Source of the DNA: Desulfomonilia bacterium
GTDB taxonomy: Bacteria > Desulfobacterota > Desulfomonilia > UBA1062
Assembly: GCA_050014195.1 (NCBI GenBank)
Contig: JBEKDT010000014.1
Location: 1-64,000 of the forward strand
Reading direction: 5' to 3'
Length of the DNA stretch: 64,000 nt
Under the pieces are notes generated by a model, which saw nothing but the letters and a program-made list of their open reading frames with translations, ran no database searches and was not told the origin of the DNA. Made by a program: the position numbers and the translations under genes. Shown here piece after piece: positions 1 through 10,339 of the stretch (positions are counted from its first letter, which is position 1; every line of letters begins with the position of its first letter).

Positions 1-129
1 GATAAGCCCGTGACAAAGCTCTACCGGTCGTGCCTGCCGTTCATCATTATTATGATCATTGCGCTACTTGTGATAACCTACTGTCCCTGGATGAGCCTTG
101 CGCTCATCGAGCACTTCGGCATCCGCTGA
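1..129 (+). CDS. C-terminal fragment of TRAP transporter large permease (DctM-like), truncated by window edge
   Basis: Frame 1 reads DKPVTKLYRSCLPFIIIMIIALLVITYCPWMSLALIEHFGIR*, matching the typical DctM C-terminal helix 'lPF...l.lity.P.lsl'. Confidence 0.7.
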   Translation, partial: DKPVTKLYRSCLPFIIIMIIALLVITYCPWMSLALIEHFGIR

Positions 130-254
130 AAGATTGATTGGAACGTGTAGTTGCTTACATGCTTAGATCATCACAATTATCAAAGAGATTCTTCGCTTCC
201 TTATTTTTTTAAAGTTATCTTGCTCTTTTCAGAATTATTGCAAACAATGAGTTT

Positions 255-341
255 TGCAATTAACCTCATGCGGTGCTCATTGAGCTTCCTGGTCATCTCC
301 ACCGGCACCCCACCAGGGGGTTCATCATCGGCCTCAGCCCA
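255..341 (-). pseudogene. Remnant of a YkgJ-family cysteine-cluster gene
   Basis: Translates to WAEADDEPPGGVPVEMTRKLNEHRMRLIA, 18/29 identical without gaps to the intact protein at 57841-58215; the flanking Cys clusters are absent. Confidence 0.7.
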
Positions 342-397
342 TTCTGAATAAATCCGAATTATTCTCATCGACGCAGCGGAAAAGTCCCGATATATGA

Positions 398-3300
398 ATG
401 AATATGGCACAGGGCATCCCGATTCTGCACTCAAAGTTGATGGCTCCGCGCACAACGGACACCATCATTCGCGATAAACTCCAACAAGTCATTCTTGAGA
501 TCCCCCGGAAAAGGGTTACCACTGTAACTGCTGGTGCTGGTTACGGGAAAACGACATTGATCGCCCAGGCTGTGCAAGGGTACGATACGGTGTGGTACAG
601 GCTGGATAGCCTTGATCGAGATTTTACCACTTTCATGTATCACCTCATTGAAGGAGTGCGCAGGATATACCCGAACTTCGCCGGCGAGGTCATGAAACGT
701 TTAGAGGAAAGTCAGACCTTGAGCCTCGAATACAAGGGCATAATGACGCTCTTTGTCCATGATCTCGGCTCAGTGCTGAAAAAAGACATCATGATTGTCC
801 TGGATGATTATCATAACGTAAAGGACTCCCCAATGATCCTGGATGCAGTACAGCTCCTGGCAGAAAATCTGTGCGCATCCGCCCACCTCATCATCATCAG
901 CCGTTCAGAGATACCCTTGCAGCTTTCACGCATGCGGACCATGCGGGACGTTATTGATATCAATCCGGAGGACCTCCTCTTTTCATCAGAGGAGACAAGG
1001 CTGTTCTTTGCTCAACTTTTTCAGATCATCCTCTCAGAGGATTCCCTTGAGCTTCTCCACGCTAAAACCGCGGGCTGGGTGAGCGCCTTGATTCTCTTCT
1101 TCCATTCGATCAGACAAAAAGATCTCGTGGATATCGAGCGGGAAGTACGCAAGCTCAAAGGCTCAGGCAGGCTTATCTCTGATTACCTTGCTGAAAATGT
1201 GTATGCCATGCTGCAAACCGAGCTGAAGCATTTCCTGATGATAACATCCATCCTTCCCCAGCTGAACGCTGTATTCTGCAACAAGCTTGTGGGCATTTCT
1301 CATTCAGCACAAATCCTTGGAGACCTCCGGAAGAGCCACCTCTTCACCTTTGCTTTAAATGAAGATGGAAATGAATATTGCTACCATCAGCTCTTTCAAG
1401 AGTATCTGCAGGGCGTCCTCAAGCGCGAGATGGGCGAGGCTGAGCTAAGCAGTCTCCATAGCAAAGCAGCCCGGATTCTAGAAGAGAGCGGCAACGAAGA
1501 AGATGCTGTCCATCACTATCTCATGGCAGGCGCTTTTGAGCAGGCCTGCAATGTCCTTGATAAGATTTGCCTTGCCCTCATCGGAATGAGCAGACCCGAA
1601 TTTATCAATGCCTACCTGAACAAAATCCCTGAGACCTATTTCACTACCCACCCATGGCTTGAGTTCTTGCGCGCCCATGCCCACATCTTCTCAGGGAGGT
1701 TTCTTGAGGGAGGGATGTGCCTCATCAAAGCACTCTCCATCTTCAGGCAGCACCATGATCAGCTAGGGATTGACCGCTGCCTCGACACCATGGCCACAGG
1801 ACTGTACTTAAGCGGTGATTTTGACAAGGCAGAAAAGATATTTGAAGAGCTGCTTTTAAGCCCATCCCTTGACCCCATCCTGCACGTGGAAGCACTCATT
1901 CATCTCACATTCATTACCTGCCAATACGGGAAGATCAAAGATTCGGATGCTTATTATGCCAAGGCGCTCACCCTGTTGCCGGACATTGAAGATCCCGTCT
2001 TCAGGGAAGCACACCATGCCTGGCTCATGATCTACCATGGCTTCAGACATGTTATCTCTGGGAATCCCGGTAAGGCCATTGAACTAGCCGGAACAGCCAA
2101 AGAAAAGCTCCAAAGAATGCAATCCGACCGTCTTTTAACCCTGGGCTACAATCTCACATCCATGGCATGTTTTTATCAAGGTTCGTATGTACAGGGACTT
2201 GAAGAGGCCTGCAAAGGGTTGATGATTTGCAGAGAAAAGGGCTTCCGTGACATCACCTATGGATGGCTACTTTGTCAAGCTGGCTCCAATGCCTTAGGGC
2301 TAGGCAAGGTTGATGAGGCCATAGGGTATAAAGAAGAAGGTCTTAAACATTTTTTAGAGTTGAAGTCACCATTTGGTGTTGCCTATGCTTATCTTTTCCT
2401 TGAAAGTACCTACTTGTCTATGGGCAAACTGGATCTTGCCGAAGAAATGGGTATTGCATGCCTTGATGCATCCAAGGGCATGAACCTGCCGCATATTACC
2501 GGGCCTGCCAAGGGCTTGCTGGCGGATATCCATATCCTTCGGGGTAAGCTCGATGAGGCAGAGGCTCTCATCAAAGAGGCACAGTCAACATTTTCTTTTT
2601 CTACCCAGTTTGAATGGGGAATCTATCGCCTCTATACACGGCTGCACTGGCAGCGGGGGCAGAAGGAAGAGGCTCTTTCCTGGCTCCACAAAGGCCTTAA
2701 AATCGCCCGGACCCACCGGTATGACAAATGGGTTGCCAATGACTGGGGCTGGCTGATGCCCATGCTCCTGGAACTGTACGCCAGAGGGTTCATGCGGAGT
2801 TATATCCAACAGATCTTCAGCATCGTCGGCGATCATGCCCGCAGTGGCCTCATGGGCATGCAAAAATTCGCCAATCCGCATATGCTGCAGGCAATCTCAC
2901 AGATCCTTCAGGACTTGCCGGAAGCATCCCTGCCTAGCCTACGGGTATATTGCCTGAGGAGATTCCAGGTATTCAAAGGCAAAGAAGAAATACTACCCGA
3001 GCTCTGGAGGAGCAAGAAGGCAAAGATGCTCTTCAAGCTGCTCTTGCATCATCGCTCCCACGGCTATGTGAGCAAAGAGGTGTTCATGGAGCACCTCTGG
3101 CCTGAAGAAGACCCGGAGAAGACAGCAAAACGCTACCACGTGGCCCTCACAACGTTGCGAAGGATCCTGGAGCCGAACCTCGAGCGGGGTCAGCTCTCAA
3201 CTTATCTTAAGAGTGACGGAGACACCTACCTGCTCGATCTCGGCAAAGATGGTTTTACAGACCTCGACGCCTTTGAAGAGGCATGCAGAAAGGCCAAAGA

Positions 3301-3694
3301 TTCCACAGATGCCCAGCTGTGTATAAAATACCTTTTGGACGCGGATAGGCTCTATAATGGCGATTTTCTCGAAGAAGACCTCTATGAGCCATGGTGCCTG
3401 CAGGAGCGTGAGCGCCTCAAGGAGCTGCATCTTTCAGTTCTTGCCAGCATCATCGACTACTTTGCCCGGAAGAGAGAGCTGGAAACAGCTATCAAATACT
3501 CCCATAGTTATCTGGCTATTGATGCCTATGCTGAGGATATTTACCAAAACCTCATGAAACTCTATGCCCTCACAGGAAACAAGCCAATGGTGCTCAAGAC
3601 CTATGAGCGTTGCAAAGACAATATCATACGCGATCTCGGATGCCCCTTGAGCCAGGAAACTGAGCTGCTGGCAGAAGAATTACTCCAGGGGTGA
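398..3694 (+). CDS. MalT-like ATP-dependent transcriptional regulator with TPRs and C-terminal wHTH-BTAD
   Basis: P-loop GAGYGKTT, Walker B LDDYH, GW motif, TPR-like helices, OmpR-type wHTH (VSKEVFMEHLWPE) and BTAD (LYNGDFLEE..W..ERERL). Confidence 0.85.
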   Translation: MNMAQGIPILHSKLMAPRTTDTIIRDKLQQVILEIPRKRVTTVTAGAGYGKTTLIAQAVQGYDTVWYRLDSLDRDFTTFMYHLIEGVRRIYPNFAGEVMKRLEESQTLSLEYKGIMTLFVHDLGSVLKKDIMIVLDDYHNVKDSPMILDAVQLLAENLCASAHLIIISRSEIPLQLSRMRTMRDVIDINPEDLLFSSEETRLFFAQLFQIILSEDSLELLHAKTAGWVSALILFFHSIRQKDLVDIEREVRKLKGSGRLISDYLAENVYAMLQTELKHFLMITSILPQLNAVFCNKLVGISHSAQILGDLRKSHLFTFALNEDGNEYCYHQLFQEYLQGVLKREMGEAELSSLHSKAARILEESGNEEDAVHHYLMAGAFEQACNVLDKICLALIGMSRPEFINAYLNKIPETYFTTHPWLEFLRAHAHIFSGRFLEGGMCLIKALSIFRQHHDQLGIDRCLDTMATGLYLSGDFDKAEKIFEELLLSPSLDPILHVEALIHLTFITCQYGKIKDSDAYYAKALTLLPDIEDPVFREAHHAWLMIYHGFRHVISGNPGKAIELAGTAKEKLQRMQSDRLLTLGYNLTSMACFYQGSYVQGLEEACKGLMICREKGFRDITYGWLLCQAGSNALGLGKVDEAIGYKEEGLKHFLELKSPFGVAYAYLFLESTYLSMGKLDLAEEMGIACLDASKGMNLPHITGPAKGLLADIHILRGKLDEAEALIKEAQSTFSFSTQFEWGIYRLYTRLHWQRGQKEEALSWLHKGLKIARTHRYDKWVANDWGWLMPMLLELYARGFMRSYIQQIFSIVGDHARSGLMGMQKFANPHMLQAISQILQDLPEASLPSLRVYCLRRFQVFKGKEEILPELWRSKKAKMLFKLLLHHRSHGYVSKEVFMEHLWPEEDPEKTAKRYHVALTTLRRILEPNLERGQLSTYLKSDGDTYLLDLGKDGFTDLDAFEEACRKAKDSTDAQLCIKYLLDADRLYNGDFLEEDLYEPWCLQERERLKELHLSVLASIIDYFARKRELETAIKYSHSYLAIDAYAEDIYQNLMKLYALTGNKPMVLKTYERCKDNIIRDLGCPLSQETELLAEELLQG

Positions 3695-3872
3695 GACCCA
3701 CCAGTTCCAAGAACAGTTAAACGCATAGTGGTGCTGAGACCTTGACACTTCAAAATTCATCTCTGTATTAAACATACACTCAACATTTAAAGTCTTTATA
3801 TCATCAATTAATTCCCGATTAATTCTGATGATTCATTACTGATATCAAGACTGATATTAAAGAGGATAACTG

Positions 3873-4667
3873 ATGGGTTTTGTAAAATCACTTCAGGAAA
3901 TCATGGCCAATATAAGGGCAACTGCCGACTTTTACGATGCCGAGATGCTCACCGTCTTCTGGGAGACTAAGCCTGAGATTATCGCTAGGCTGCTGCCGGC
4001 TCCATTAAAGCCTACCGGAGAGCCTCTCGCCATGGCATTCGTCGCAAACTATCCGAGGACCAATTTCGATGTTGTCTACAAGGAGAGCGCCCTGTTCATA
4101 CATGCCGCTTATAATGGCGAGGAAGGGAATTACTGCCTGGCCATGCCGGTGACCAACGACATTGCCATGGCGGGTGGACGGGAGGTCTACGGATTCCCCA
4201 AGAAGATAGCGGATATCGACATTACCCGGCAGGGAGAAACGGTAAGCGGTTGGACTGAGCGCCGCGGGGTCAGATTCATGGAAGTACGGGCGAGGCTGGC
4301 CGGAAAGTTTAATGATGTCCAGGCTCAGGAGAAACTCATGAGCATGGCTGCAGGCGATGACGGATCAATAAAGGGGATTTCGTACAACTTCAAGTACTTC
4401 CCGGCTCCGGAAGGCGGCTCGTTCGATTATAATCCGCGCCTCGTCAGGCAGGAAACGGTCCTCAGGCCCAAGCAGATGCTGTTTGGAGAAGCAGAGATCA
4501 TCCTGAAGCCGTCAGATTACGACCCCTGGGCTGAGGTCGAGGTCGTGAAGATGCTCGGCGCGCTGTATACTGTGGGTGACAATTCCATGCTCGGAGGGAA
4601 GGTGGTAGCCGAGGCTGACTTCATGCAGTTCGCCCCCTATGCCTTCCTGAAATGGGACATGAAATAA
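3873..4667 (+). CDS. Acetoacetate decarboxylase family protein
   Basis: LLPAPL, Y.E, and GREVYGFPKK Schiff-base Lys motif; RBS agagga. Confidence 0.85.
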   Translation: MGFVKSLQEIMANIRATADFYDAEMLTVFWETKPEIIARLLPAPLKPTGEPLAMAFVANYPRTNFDVVYKESALFIHAAYNGEEGNYCLAMPVTNDIAMAGGREVYGFPKKIADIDITRQGETVSGWTERRGVRFMEVRARLAGKFNDVQAQEKLMSMAAGDDGSIKGISYNFKYFPAPEGGSFDYNPRLVRQETVLRPKQMLFGEAEIILKPSDYDPWAEVEVVKMLGALYTVGDNSMLGGKVVAEADFMQFAPYAFLKWDMK

Positions 4668-4862
4668 CATACGTAGAGGTGCTGCATCATGTCCCACAGA
4701 TGATCATCATGCCTCCGCCCTCTCTATCTCCCGATCCCCGAGGAGAGGGAAGAGACTTTTGGCATGAATGGATGAGAGACCGGTCGCAGCACATAGTATC
4801 CTGTCCTGGATTTCATTTTTCATGGGACGCGGCGGGCATGTGAGCGGATAGGAGGGTGTTCA

Positions 4863-6083
4863 ATGACATACCGTGAAATCGATATCAATGTGAGCCGCGA
4901 GCTGAAGACTATGTTGAACCAGGTGGAGAAGTTCAGCATGGAGGTCATGCGGCCGGCAGGTATTGCCCTGGACAAGCTCCCGAATCCTGAGGATGTGATC
5001 GCGAAAGGCTCGGTGCTGTGGGATGTCATGAAGGGCTTCAGAGAGTTGGGCCTTCACACGATGCAGATACCCAGGGCCTGCGGCGGCATGGCGGAAGACA
5101 GGGACCCTATGGCGGGCATCCTGATCGCAGAGCAACTCGGCTATGGAGATGCCGGTCTGGCCATCAGCATGGGAGTAGCATGCATGCCGTTTAACTATGC
5201 TGGCATGTTTCCTATGCCCGAAATGCAGCAGCTTGCCCAGGATTTCTGTAATGACAAGGAAGGCAGGATGATCGGATGCTGGGCCATTACAGAACCAGAT
5301 CACGGCACTGACTGGAGTCTCGGGGGTAATAACCCGAAGTCCGGCCCTTCGGTAAAAGCAGTATTGAAGGGAGATGAATATATCGTGAACGGTGAAAAAT
5401 CCGCATGGGTTTCCAATGGAACCATTGCCACCCATGCACTTCTCCATGTGGCACTTGACCCATCAAGAGGCATGCAGGGCCAGGGCCTGGCTATCATCCC
5501 CCTGGACCTGCCTGGGATTTCCCGTGGTAAGCCCCTGGACAAGATGGGCCAGAGGCCGTTGAATCAGGGGTCGATAAGATTTGAGGATGCCAGGATCCCG
5601 AAGCACTATATGGTCATCCCTTATCCGGACTTCATCAATGCCTCGGGCGGGCAAGGGCTGGCCAATGTCAATGGCGGTATGGCCATAGTCTTTGCTGGGC
5701 TTGCCAAGGCAGCGTTCGACGAGGCGTTCAGGTATTCGAAGCAGAGGATTCAAGGCGGCAGGCCCATCTGCGAGCACCCCACCATCAAGCTCAAACTCAT
5801 GAAGATGTTTACCATGGTGGAGGCTGCCAGGGCAAACGCCCGCAGGATGGCCCTGTACAACCAGCTGAATCCGTTTGCCCCGGCAGTTGCCCATGCAGTC
5901 GCTGCCAAGTGCCTTTCCACTGAAACAGCTACATGTGTTGCGAGCGATGCCATGCAGATATTCGGTGGTTACGGCCTGGCCAAGGAATATCCCATCGAGA
6001 AGATGTACCGGGATGCAAGGGCAAGCATGATAGAAGACGGTGTCAACGAAGCCCTGTCCATAAAGGCCATGGACTTTATGTAA
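4863..6083 (+). CDS. Acyl-CoA dehydrogenase
   Basis: AITEPDHGTD, NGEKSAWVSNG, KMGQR, R.QGG.PI, QIFGGYG, IEDG motifs; RBS ggaggg. Confidence 0.92.
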   Translation: MTYREIDINVSRELKTMLNQVEKFSMEVMRPAGIALDKLPNPEDVIAKGSVLWDVMKGFRELGLHTMQIPRACGGMAEDRDPMAGILIAEQLGYGDAGLAISMGVACMPFNYAGMFPMPEMQQLAQDFCNDKEGRMIGCWAITEPDHGTDWSLGGNNPKSGPSVKAVLKGDEYIVNGEKSAWVSNGTIATHALLHVALDPSRGMQGQGLAIIPLDLPGISRGKPLDKMGQRPLNQGSIRFEDARIPKHYMVIPYPDFINASGGQGLANVNGGMAIVFAGLAKAAFDEAFRYSKQRIQGGRPICEHPTIKLKLMKMFTMVEAARANARRMALYNQLNPFAPAVAHAVAAKCLSTETATCVASDAMQIFGGYGLAKEYPIEKMYRDARASMIEDGVNEALSIKAMDFM

Positions 6084-6159
6084 ATAACCACACGAAAAGA
6101 CTTTTGCACCATATTCCAAGCCCCTGGGGACAAATATACAGCACGACAGAACTTTGCAT

Positions 6160-6245
6160 ACCCGCGTCGCTCTTCATCGAGAGCGTTGCGGCGTACGCTT
6201 AAGTACGCCTCACGCCTCGATTTCATCGCTCCTTGGTCTGCTTTG
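6160..6245. repeat. Small intergenic palindromic element (ggcgtac-gcttaa-gtacgcc core)
   Basis: Nested inverted repeats tcgag...ggcgtac/gtacgcc...ctcga between convergent genes; resembles dispersed non-autonomous repeats of deltaproteobacteria (recalled, not searched). Confidence 0.4.
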
Positions 6246-6445
6246 TTCTGCCGCGCTGTATGCGCGAACTAATATGTCGCTCTGTATAGTAGGATCAGAG
6301 ATTATTTTCTGCGATTTCTTCTCGGTTTTAGGATGACAGAAAATTGAAGATCTTGGGATTAAACATACGAAACTATCCCTTCATACCAGAGCGTGTCCTC
6401 TGGCACGATATCAATACGTTTCGCAGATTGATTTCAGGTAAAATT

Positions 6446-6856
6446 CTATGTACCAGACTCCTTTTGGAGGTCTTTAGCTTTTTCTCCTCGGGGTGTTAAA
6501 GCTGCAAGCACAATAGCTGTTACAAAAAGTGCGGGTACATCACCCATGAGATGACCATGATTCTGAGGATTAACGAGTGACTGAACGGTCATAATCCCGC
6601 CATGCACAATACTTGACCAGACGGTGAACCAGATGAGGCTGAGATGAGCAAGCGGGTTCCGGGATGCAATGATCAGGAATACACCCAGAGTCGCATATAT
6701 TCCGACAATCATCTGAAGGTAGTCCGATTGGCCTCCTGAATGCCATACCCAGCCTGATGGCCAGATAATTGTAAGCGGGTAGAGTGCAACGAGCATTATT
6801 AATCCAAAGAGAACCAATGCAACCCGAAGATATTTAAGACGATCGATGTCTGTCAT
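6446..6856 (-). CDS. Four-TM membrane protein (DUF6632-like)
   Basis: WPSGW.WH, MIVGIYATLG.FL..A.RNP..H.SLIWFTVWSS.VH, HL.GD motifs; RBS aaggag. Confidence 0.7.
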   Translation of the reverse strand: MTDIDRLKYLRVALVLFGLIMLVALYPLTIIWPSGWVWHSGGQSDYLQMIVGIYATLGVFLIIASRNPLAHLSLIWFTVWSSIVHGGIMTVQSLVNPQNHGHLMGDVPALFVTAIVLAALTPRGEKAKDLQKESGT

Positions 6857-7277
6857 AATTTTCTCCTTTCGCTAAGGGCTATCCGGGAATAGATTATCAG
6901 ATTGAACATTTACTTATAGGTTAAGTTTTGGTCTGATTATGTCAAGGATAGGTTAGTCATTTGTCCCGACTCTTTGATAATGTTTCCTGGTGAACTCGAG
7001 AGAAGTGTCCCCAAGAGATTGATTAGATTGGCCTCATGAAGGTGCCATAGGGACAGTACTGATGAACAGGGTGGACCTGGGACAATTTGTATGAAAAACG
7101 ATTTCTCAAATAAGTATAGATCGGAAGTTTTCTACGCACCCGAATTTCTTGAGGATATCCGTGCTTCCAGACATTGTCTGCAACTTTTTCTTGTCATACG
7201 GGTGCGCTTATGCCATGAAGGGTTCGCGCCGATATGTCATGCACACAATGAAGGTATGCAAGGAGAACCACGCACAG

Positions 7278-8069
7278 ATGTCCACACAGAAGAAGCCGCT
7301 TCGCATCCTCAGCTACAATACGCATGTATGCATCAAGGCATCAAAGCGCTCTGAACGCATGAAGAACCTCTGGAAGCATGTCCTGCCGTCCAGGTGCAAG
7401 ATGGATAACCTCAAGAAGATATCCACCATCATGAAATCGTTCGACATGGTGGGCATCCAGGAGTCGGACGCAGGCAGCATAAGATCGGGCTTTAGGAACC
7501 AGACTACGTTCCTTGCGCACCTCGGCGGGTTCGACTATTGGGCCGAGCAGGTCAACCGAGAAATGGTCTTTGCGCGGCACAGCATCGGCTTTCTCTCCCG
7601 GCACCCCATCCTCTCCGTGACAAGGCATCAGCTCCCGGGCAAGATACCCGGCCGGGGGCTCATGGTCGTCCATCTGGATCTCATGGGACAGCCCATGGCC
7701 TTTGCGGTTTCACACCTGTCGTTGGGCCCAAGAGACAGGATCAGACAGGCCGGCTATATAGGCGACATCATTCGGGAGCTTGACTGCAATACCATCCTTG
7801 TGGGCGACTTCAACTGCACCTCAGACAGCAAGGAGCTTAAGGTCATTGCCAATAAGTCGGGCCTGCGGTTGGCCATCAAGGATATGCCGACATATCCGAG
7901 TTGGAGACCGATGCGGGACATAGACCATGTCCTTGTCTCCGAAGGCATCATGATCAGAAAGGCCCATGTAGTCAATTTCACCTTGTCCGACCACCTTCCC
8001 CTTGCCATAGAGGTGCTCATAGAAGGGACTGAAGGGCGACAAGAACCTGCACTGCCCGAAGCGGCCTGA
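7278..8069 (+). CDS. Endonuclease/exonuclease/phosphatase family protein
   Basis: LSYN, GIQESD, GDFN, IDHV, SDHLP motifs; start chosen after RBS aggaga (ORF open from 7149). Confidence 0.88.
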   Translation: MSTQKKPLRILSYNTHVCIKASKRSERMKNLWKHVLPSRCKMDNLKKISTIMKSFDMVGIQESDAGSIRSGFRNQTTFLAHLGGFDYWAEQVNREMVFARHSIGFLSRHPILSVTRHQLPGKIPGRGLMVVHLDLMGQPMAFAVSHLSLGPRDRIRQAGYIGDIIRELDCNTILVGDFNCTSDSKELKVIANKSGLRLAIKDMPTYPSWRPMRDIDHVLVSEGIMIRKAHVVNFTLSDHLPLAIEVLIEGTEGRQEPALPEAA

Positions 8070-8087
8070 AAGGAAAATCTCCTTAGA

Positions 8088-10211
8088 TTACCTCTTTCCG
8101 ACTTTGATGAAGCCACGGAAGCGAGCATAGTCAACCATGCGGCTGAAGGCATAGATGGCACGCTCCGGTGTGGGGTAGCTCGGTATGCCGAGTTTCATAA
8201 ATCCTTCGTGCGTGTGCCTGATTTCCTTTTCCGTACCGCCATAGGAACTCACCAGGATGGGTTTATGCCGGTGTTCTTGTATGACTCCTCCGAATGCCTC
8301 CTCGATGTCGAAGATGCTCTCCGGCATGAGGACAAAGATGATGAGGAGTGCATCGATGTCGGCCTGATCAAGGAGGCAGCGTGCGATGTGGGCCATGGTC
8401 TTCTGCGAGCCGTGCTGCTCGACTGCCGACCATATGTCGATGGGGTTGCGCACGGGAGCCCAGGCAGGCACGACCTCCCGGAGCCGTTTTATGGTGGATC
8501 GTTTCAGCGTGGGCAGTGCCACGGAGTATTCGTCGCAGGCATCCGTGGTGACCACACACCCCATGCCGGTGATGGAGAGGATCCCAAGGCGGTTGCTGCG
8601 GGGCAGGCTGAGCGACTCAAAGGCGGCCAGGCAATCGAAGAAGGATTCCGAATCGTGGACCCTCACCAAGCCTGTCCGACTGCAGACAGCATCGAATATG
8701 ACATCCGAGCCCGCAAGCGAGCCTGTGTGCGAGGCGATAGCCTGTGCGCCTGCCTCGGTTCGGCCGGACTTTACGACCACGACGGGCTTCTTCCGGCAGG
8801 CCCCGGCTGCGGCTTTTGTAAAGCGCTCTCCGTCCACGATCCCCTCGAGGTACATGCCGATGGTGGTTGTCTCGTCATCATCGGCCAGATACTCCAGCAG
8901 ATCCGACTCGTTCACATCGCCCTTGTTTCCGATGCACGCCACCTTGGACAGCCCGAAGGGCCTGAAGTCGGCAATCCAGCGGCCCCACCCTGAGGAGAAG
9001 ACCCCTGACTGGCCGATGAGTGAGACACCTCCTTGCATGATGGGCTCGAGTCCGACAATGGATGTGGCGAGCCCTGCGCCCGGGTGGATGGTGCCGATGC
9101 TGTTGGGTCCCATGAGCCTGATTCCCGCCCTTCGGGCTTTCAGGACGATCTCTTTCTGCTCGTGGGCGCCGTCCTCGCCCATGTCCGAGTATCCCCCGGT
9201 GCTGAGGATGACGGCCTTCACCCCTTTGGCCGCGCAGTCATCGATGGCTGCAGGCACGGCGGCCTTGGGGATGACGATCATGGCGAGGTCCACGGGACCT
9301 TCGATGTCGCGGACATTCTTATAAGTCTTCATCCCGAGGATATCGTGCCCCGACGGGTTGATGGGGAGGATTGTCCCTTTGAAGCCTGCCTTCATGAGGT
9401 TTCTCAGGATGATATTGCCCCCCTTGCCGTAACTGCGGGATGCCCCGATCAGCGCCATGGACTTGGGGCTGAAGAACGGGTCGATCGTGCCGGGGCCGCG
9501 GTGTTTCACGGATAGGGACGTATATCTTTCAGCAAGCCTGACGAGGGCGTCGACAGCGACCCCGCCATGGGCATATGCAATGAAAGGGTTGATATCGATC
9601 TCGATGATGTCGGACCGCTTCACCATCAGCCGTGACAGTGCCACGATTGCATCGGTCACGGTCTTTACATCGATGGGTGCCTGCCCGCGGATACCCTCCA
9701 GGATGGCGGACCCCCGCAGACGTCCGAGCATAGAACGGGCTGATGCCGAGGATACGGGTGCCAGCTCAATGGCCGTGTCGCGGAAGACCTCGGTGAAAAC
9801 CCCGCCTATACCGGCAAGGACAACCGGGCCGAAGACAGGGTCGCGCCGGGCGCCGAGGATGAGCTCTATCCCCGGGGAGGCCATCTTCTGGACGAGCAGC
9901 ACATGGGGGACGCCTGTAAAGCGGGAACGCAACTCGCGGGCTGATCGTTTGAGGGCCTCGGCATCGGGGATATTCAGGATTACGCCCCCCTGATCGGTCT
10001 TGTGGAGGATTTCCTCCGAGCATACCTTCAGGGCTACCGGATAACCGAAACCGTCGGCATTACAGGCGGCCTCTGCCTCATTACCTGCAATGGCTTCGTC
10101 AATAACAGGAATGCCCCACTGCTTCAGAATAATTTTACCTTCGTATTCATTCACTGCCCGTACTCGCTGCACTTTCACAGGGATTCCCCCATATCTATGA
10201 TTTATACTCAC
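8088..10211 (-). CDS. ADP-forming acyl-CoA synthetase (acetate-CoA ligase family), beta-alpha fusion
   Basis: N-terminal ATP-grasp (GYPVALK..HKTD.GGV, DPVFGPV, EIDINP), then CoA-binding domain (IGAS, GPNS.G) and phospho-His motif SHTGSLAG. True start may be slightly downstream. Confidence 0.88.
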   Translation of the reverse strand: MSINHRYGGIPVKVQRVRAVNEYEGKIILKQWGIPVIDEAIAGNEAEAACNADGFGYPVALKVCSEEILHKTDQGGVILNIPDAEALKRSARELRSRFTGVPHVLLVQKMASPGIELILGARRDPVFGPVVLAGIGGVFTEVFRDTAIELAPVSSASARSMLGRLRGSAILEGIRGQAPIDVKTVTDAIVALSRLMVKRSDIIEIDINPFIAYAHGGVAVDALVRLAERYTSLSVKHRGPGTIDPFFSPKSMALIGASRSYGKGGNIILRNLMKAGFKGTILPINPSGHDILGMKTYKNVRDIEGPVDLAMIVIPKAAVPAAIDDCAAKGVKAVILSTGGYSDMGEDGAHEQKEIVLKARRAGIRLMGPNSIGTIHPGAGLATSIVGLEPIMQGGVSLIGQSGVFSSGWGRWIADFRPFGLSKVACIGNKGDVNESDLLEYLADDDETTTIGMYLEGIVDGERFTKAAAGACRKKPVVVVKSGRTEAGAQAIASHTGSLAGSDVIFDAVCSRTGLVRVHDSESFFDCLAAFESLSLPRSNRLGILSITGMGCVVTTDACDEYSVALPTLKRSTIKRLREVVPAWAPVRNPIDIWSAVEQHGSQKTMAHIARCLLDQADIDALLIIFVLMPESIFDIEEAFGGVIQEHRHKPILVSSYGGTEKEIRHTHEGFMKLGIPSYPTPERAIYAFSRMVDYARFRGFIKVGKR

Positions 10212-10294
10212 CCTAGCAGGGAGAAGGAAAAGGGTGCAACGGGATTATCATGAACAACGGTGGATATATGAGGAAAGAATGCCCAATAAGTTAT

Positions 10295-10324
10295 CCCCCA
10301 CGGAGATAAGGACCTCCGTGGGGG
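10295..10324 (-). terminator. GC-rich hairpin downstream of asd
   Basis: cccccacggag-N8-ctccgtggggg perfect 11-bp stem just after the asd stop; weak U-tract. Confidence 0.5.
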
Positions 10325-10339
10325 CAATTCTTTAAAAGG

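Noticed and set aside
4712-4752. Degenerate ccct...gagagggga hairpin
   Set aside because: Probably a decayed copy of the repeat type near 42650, but too degenerate to support on its own.
6857-7100. Possible cassette or mobile-element boundary upstream of the DUF6632-like gene (AT-rich, tgtccc/gggaca words)
   Set aside because: No clear attC, terminal inverted repeats or target duplication.
8208-9993. Long plus-strand ORFs (261, 312 and 178 aa) opposite the acyl-CoA synthetase
   Set aside because: Antisense shadows of a GC-rich gene with no recognisable motifs. The same applies to 20605-21567, 43924-44727 and 47836-48879.
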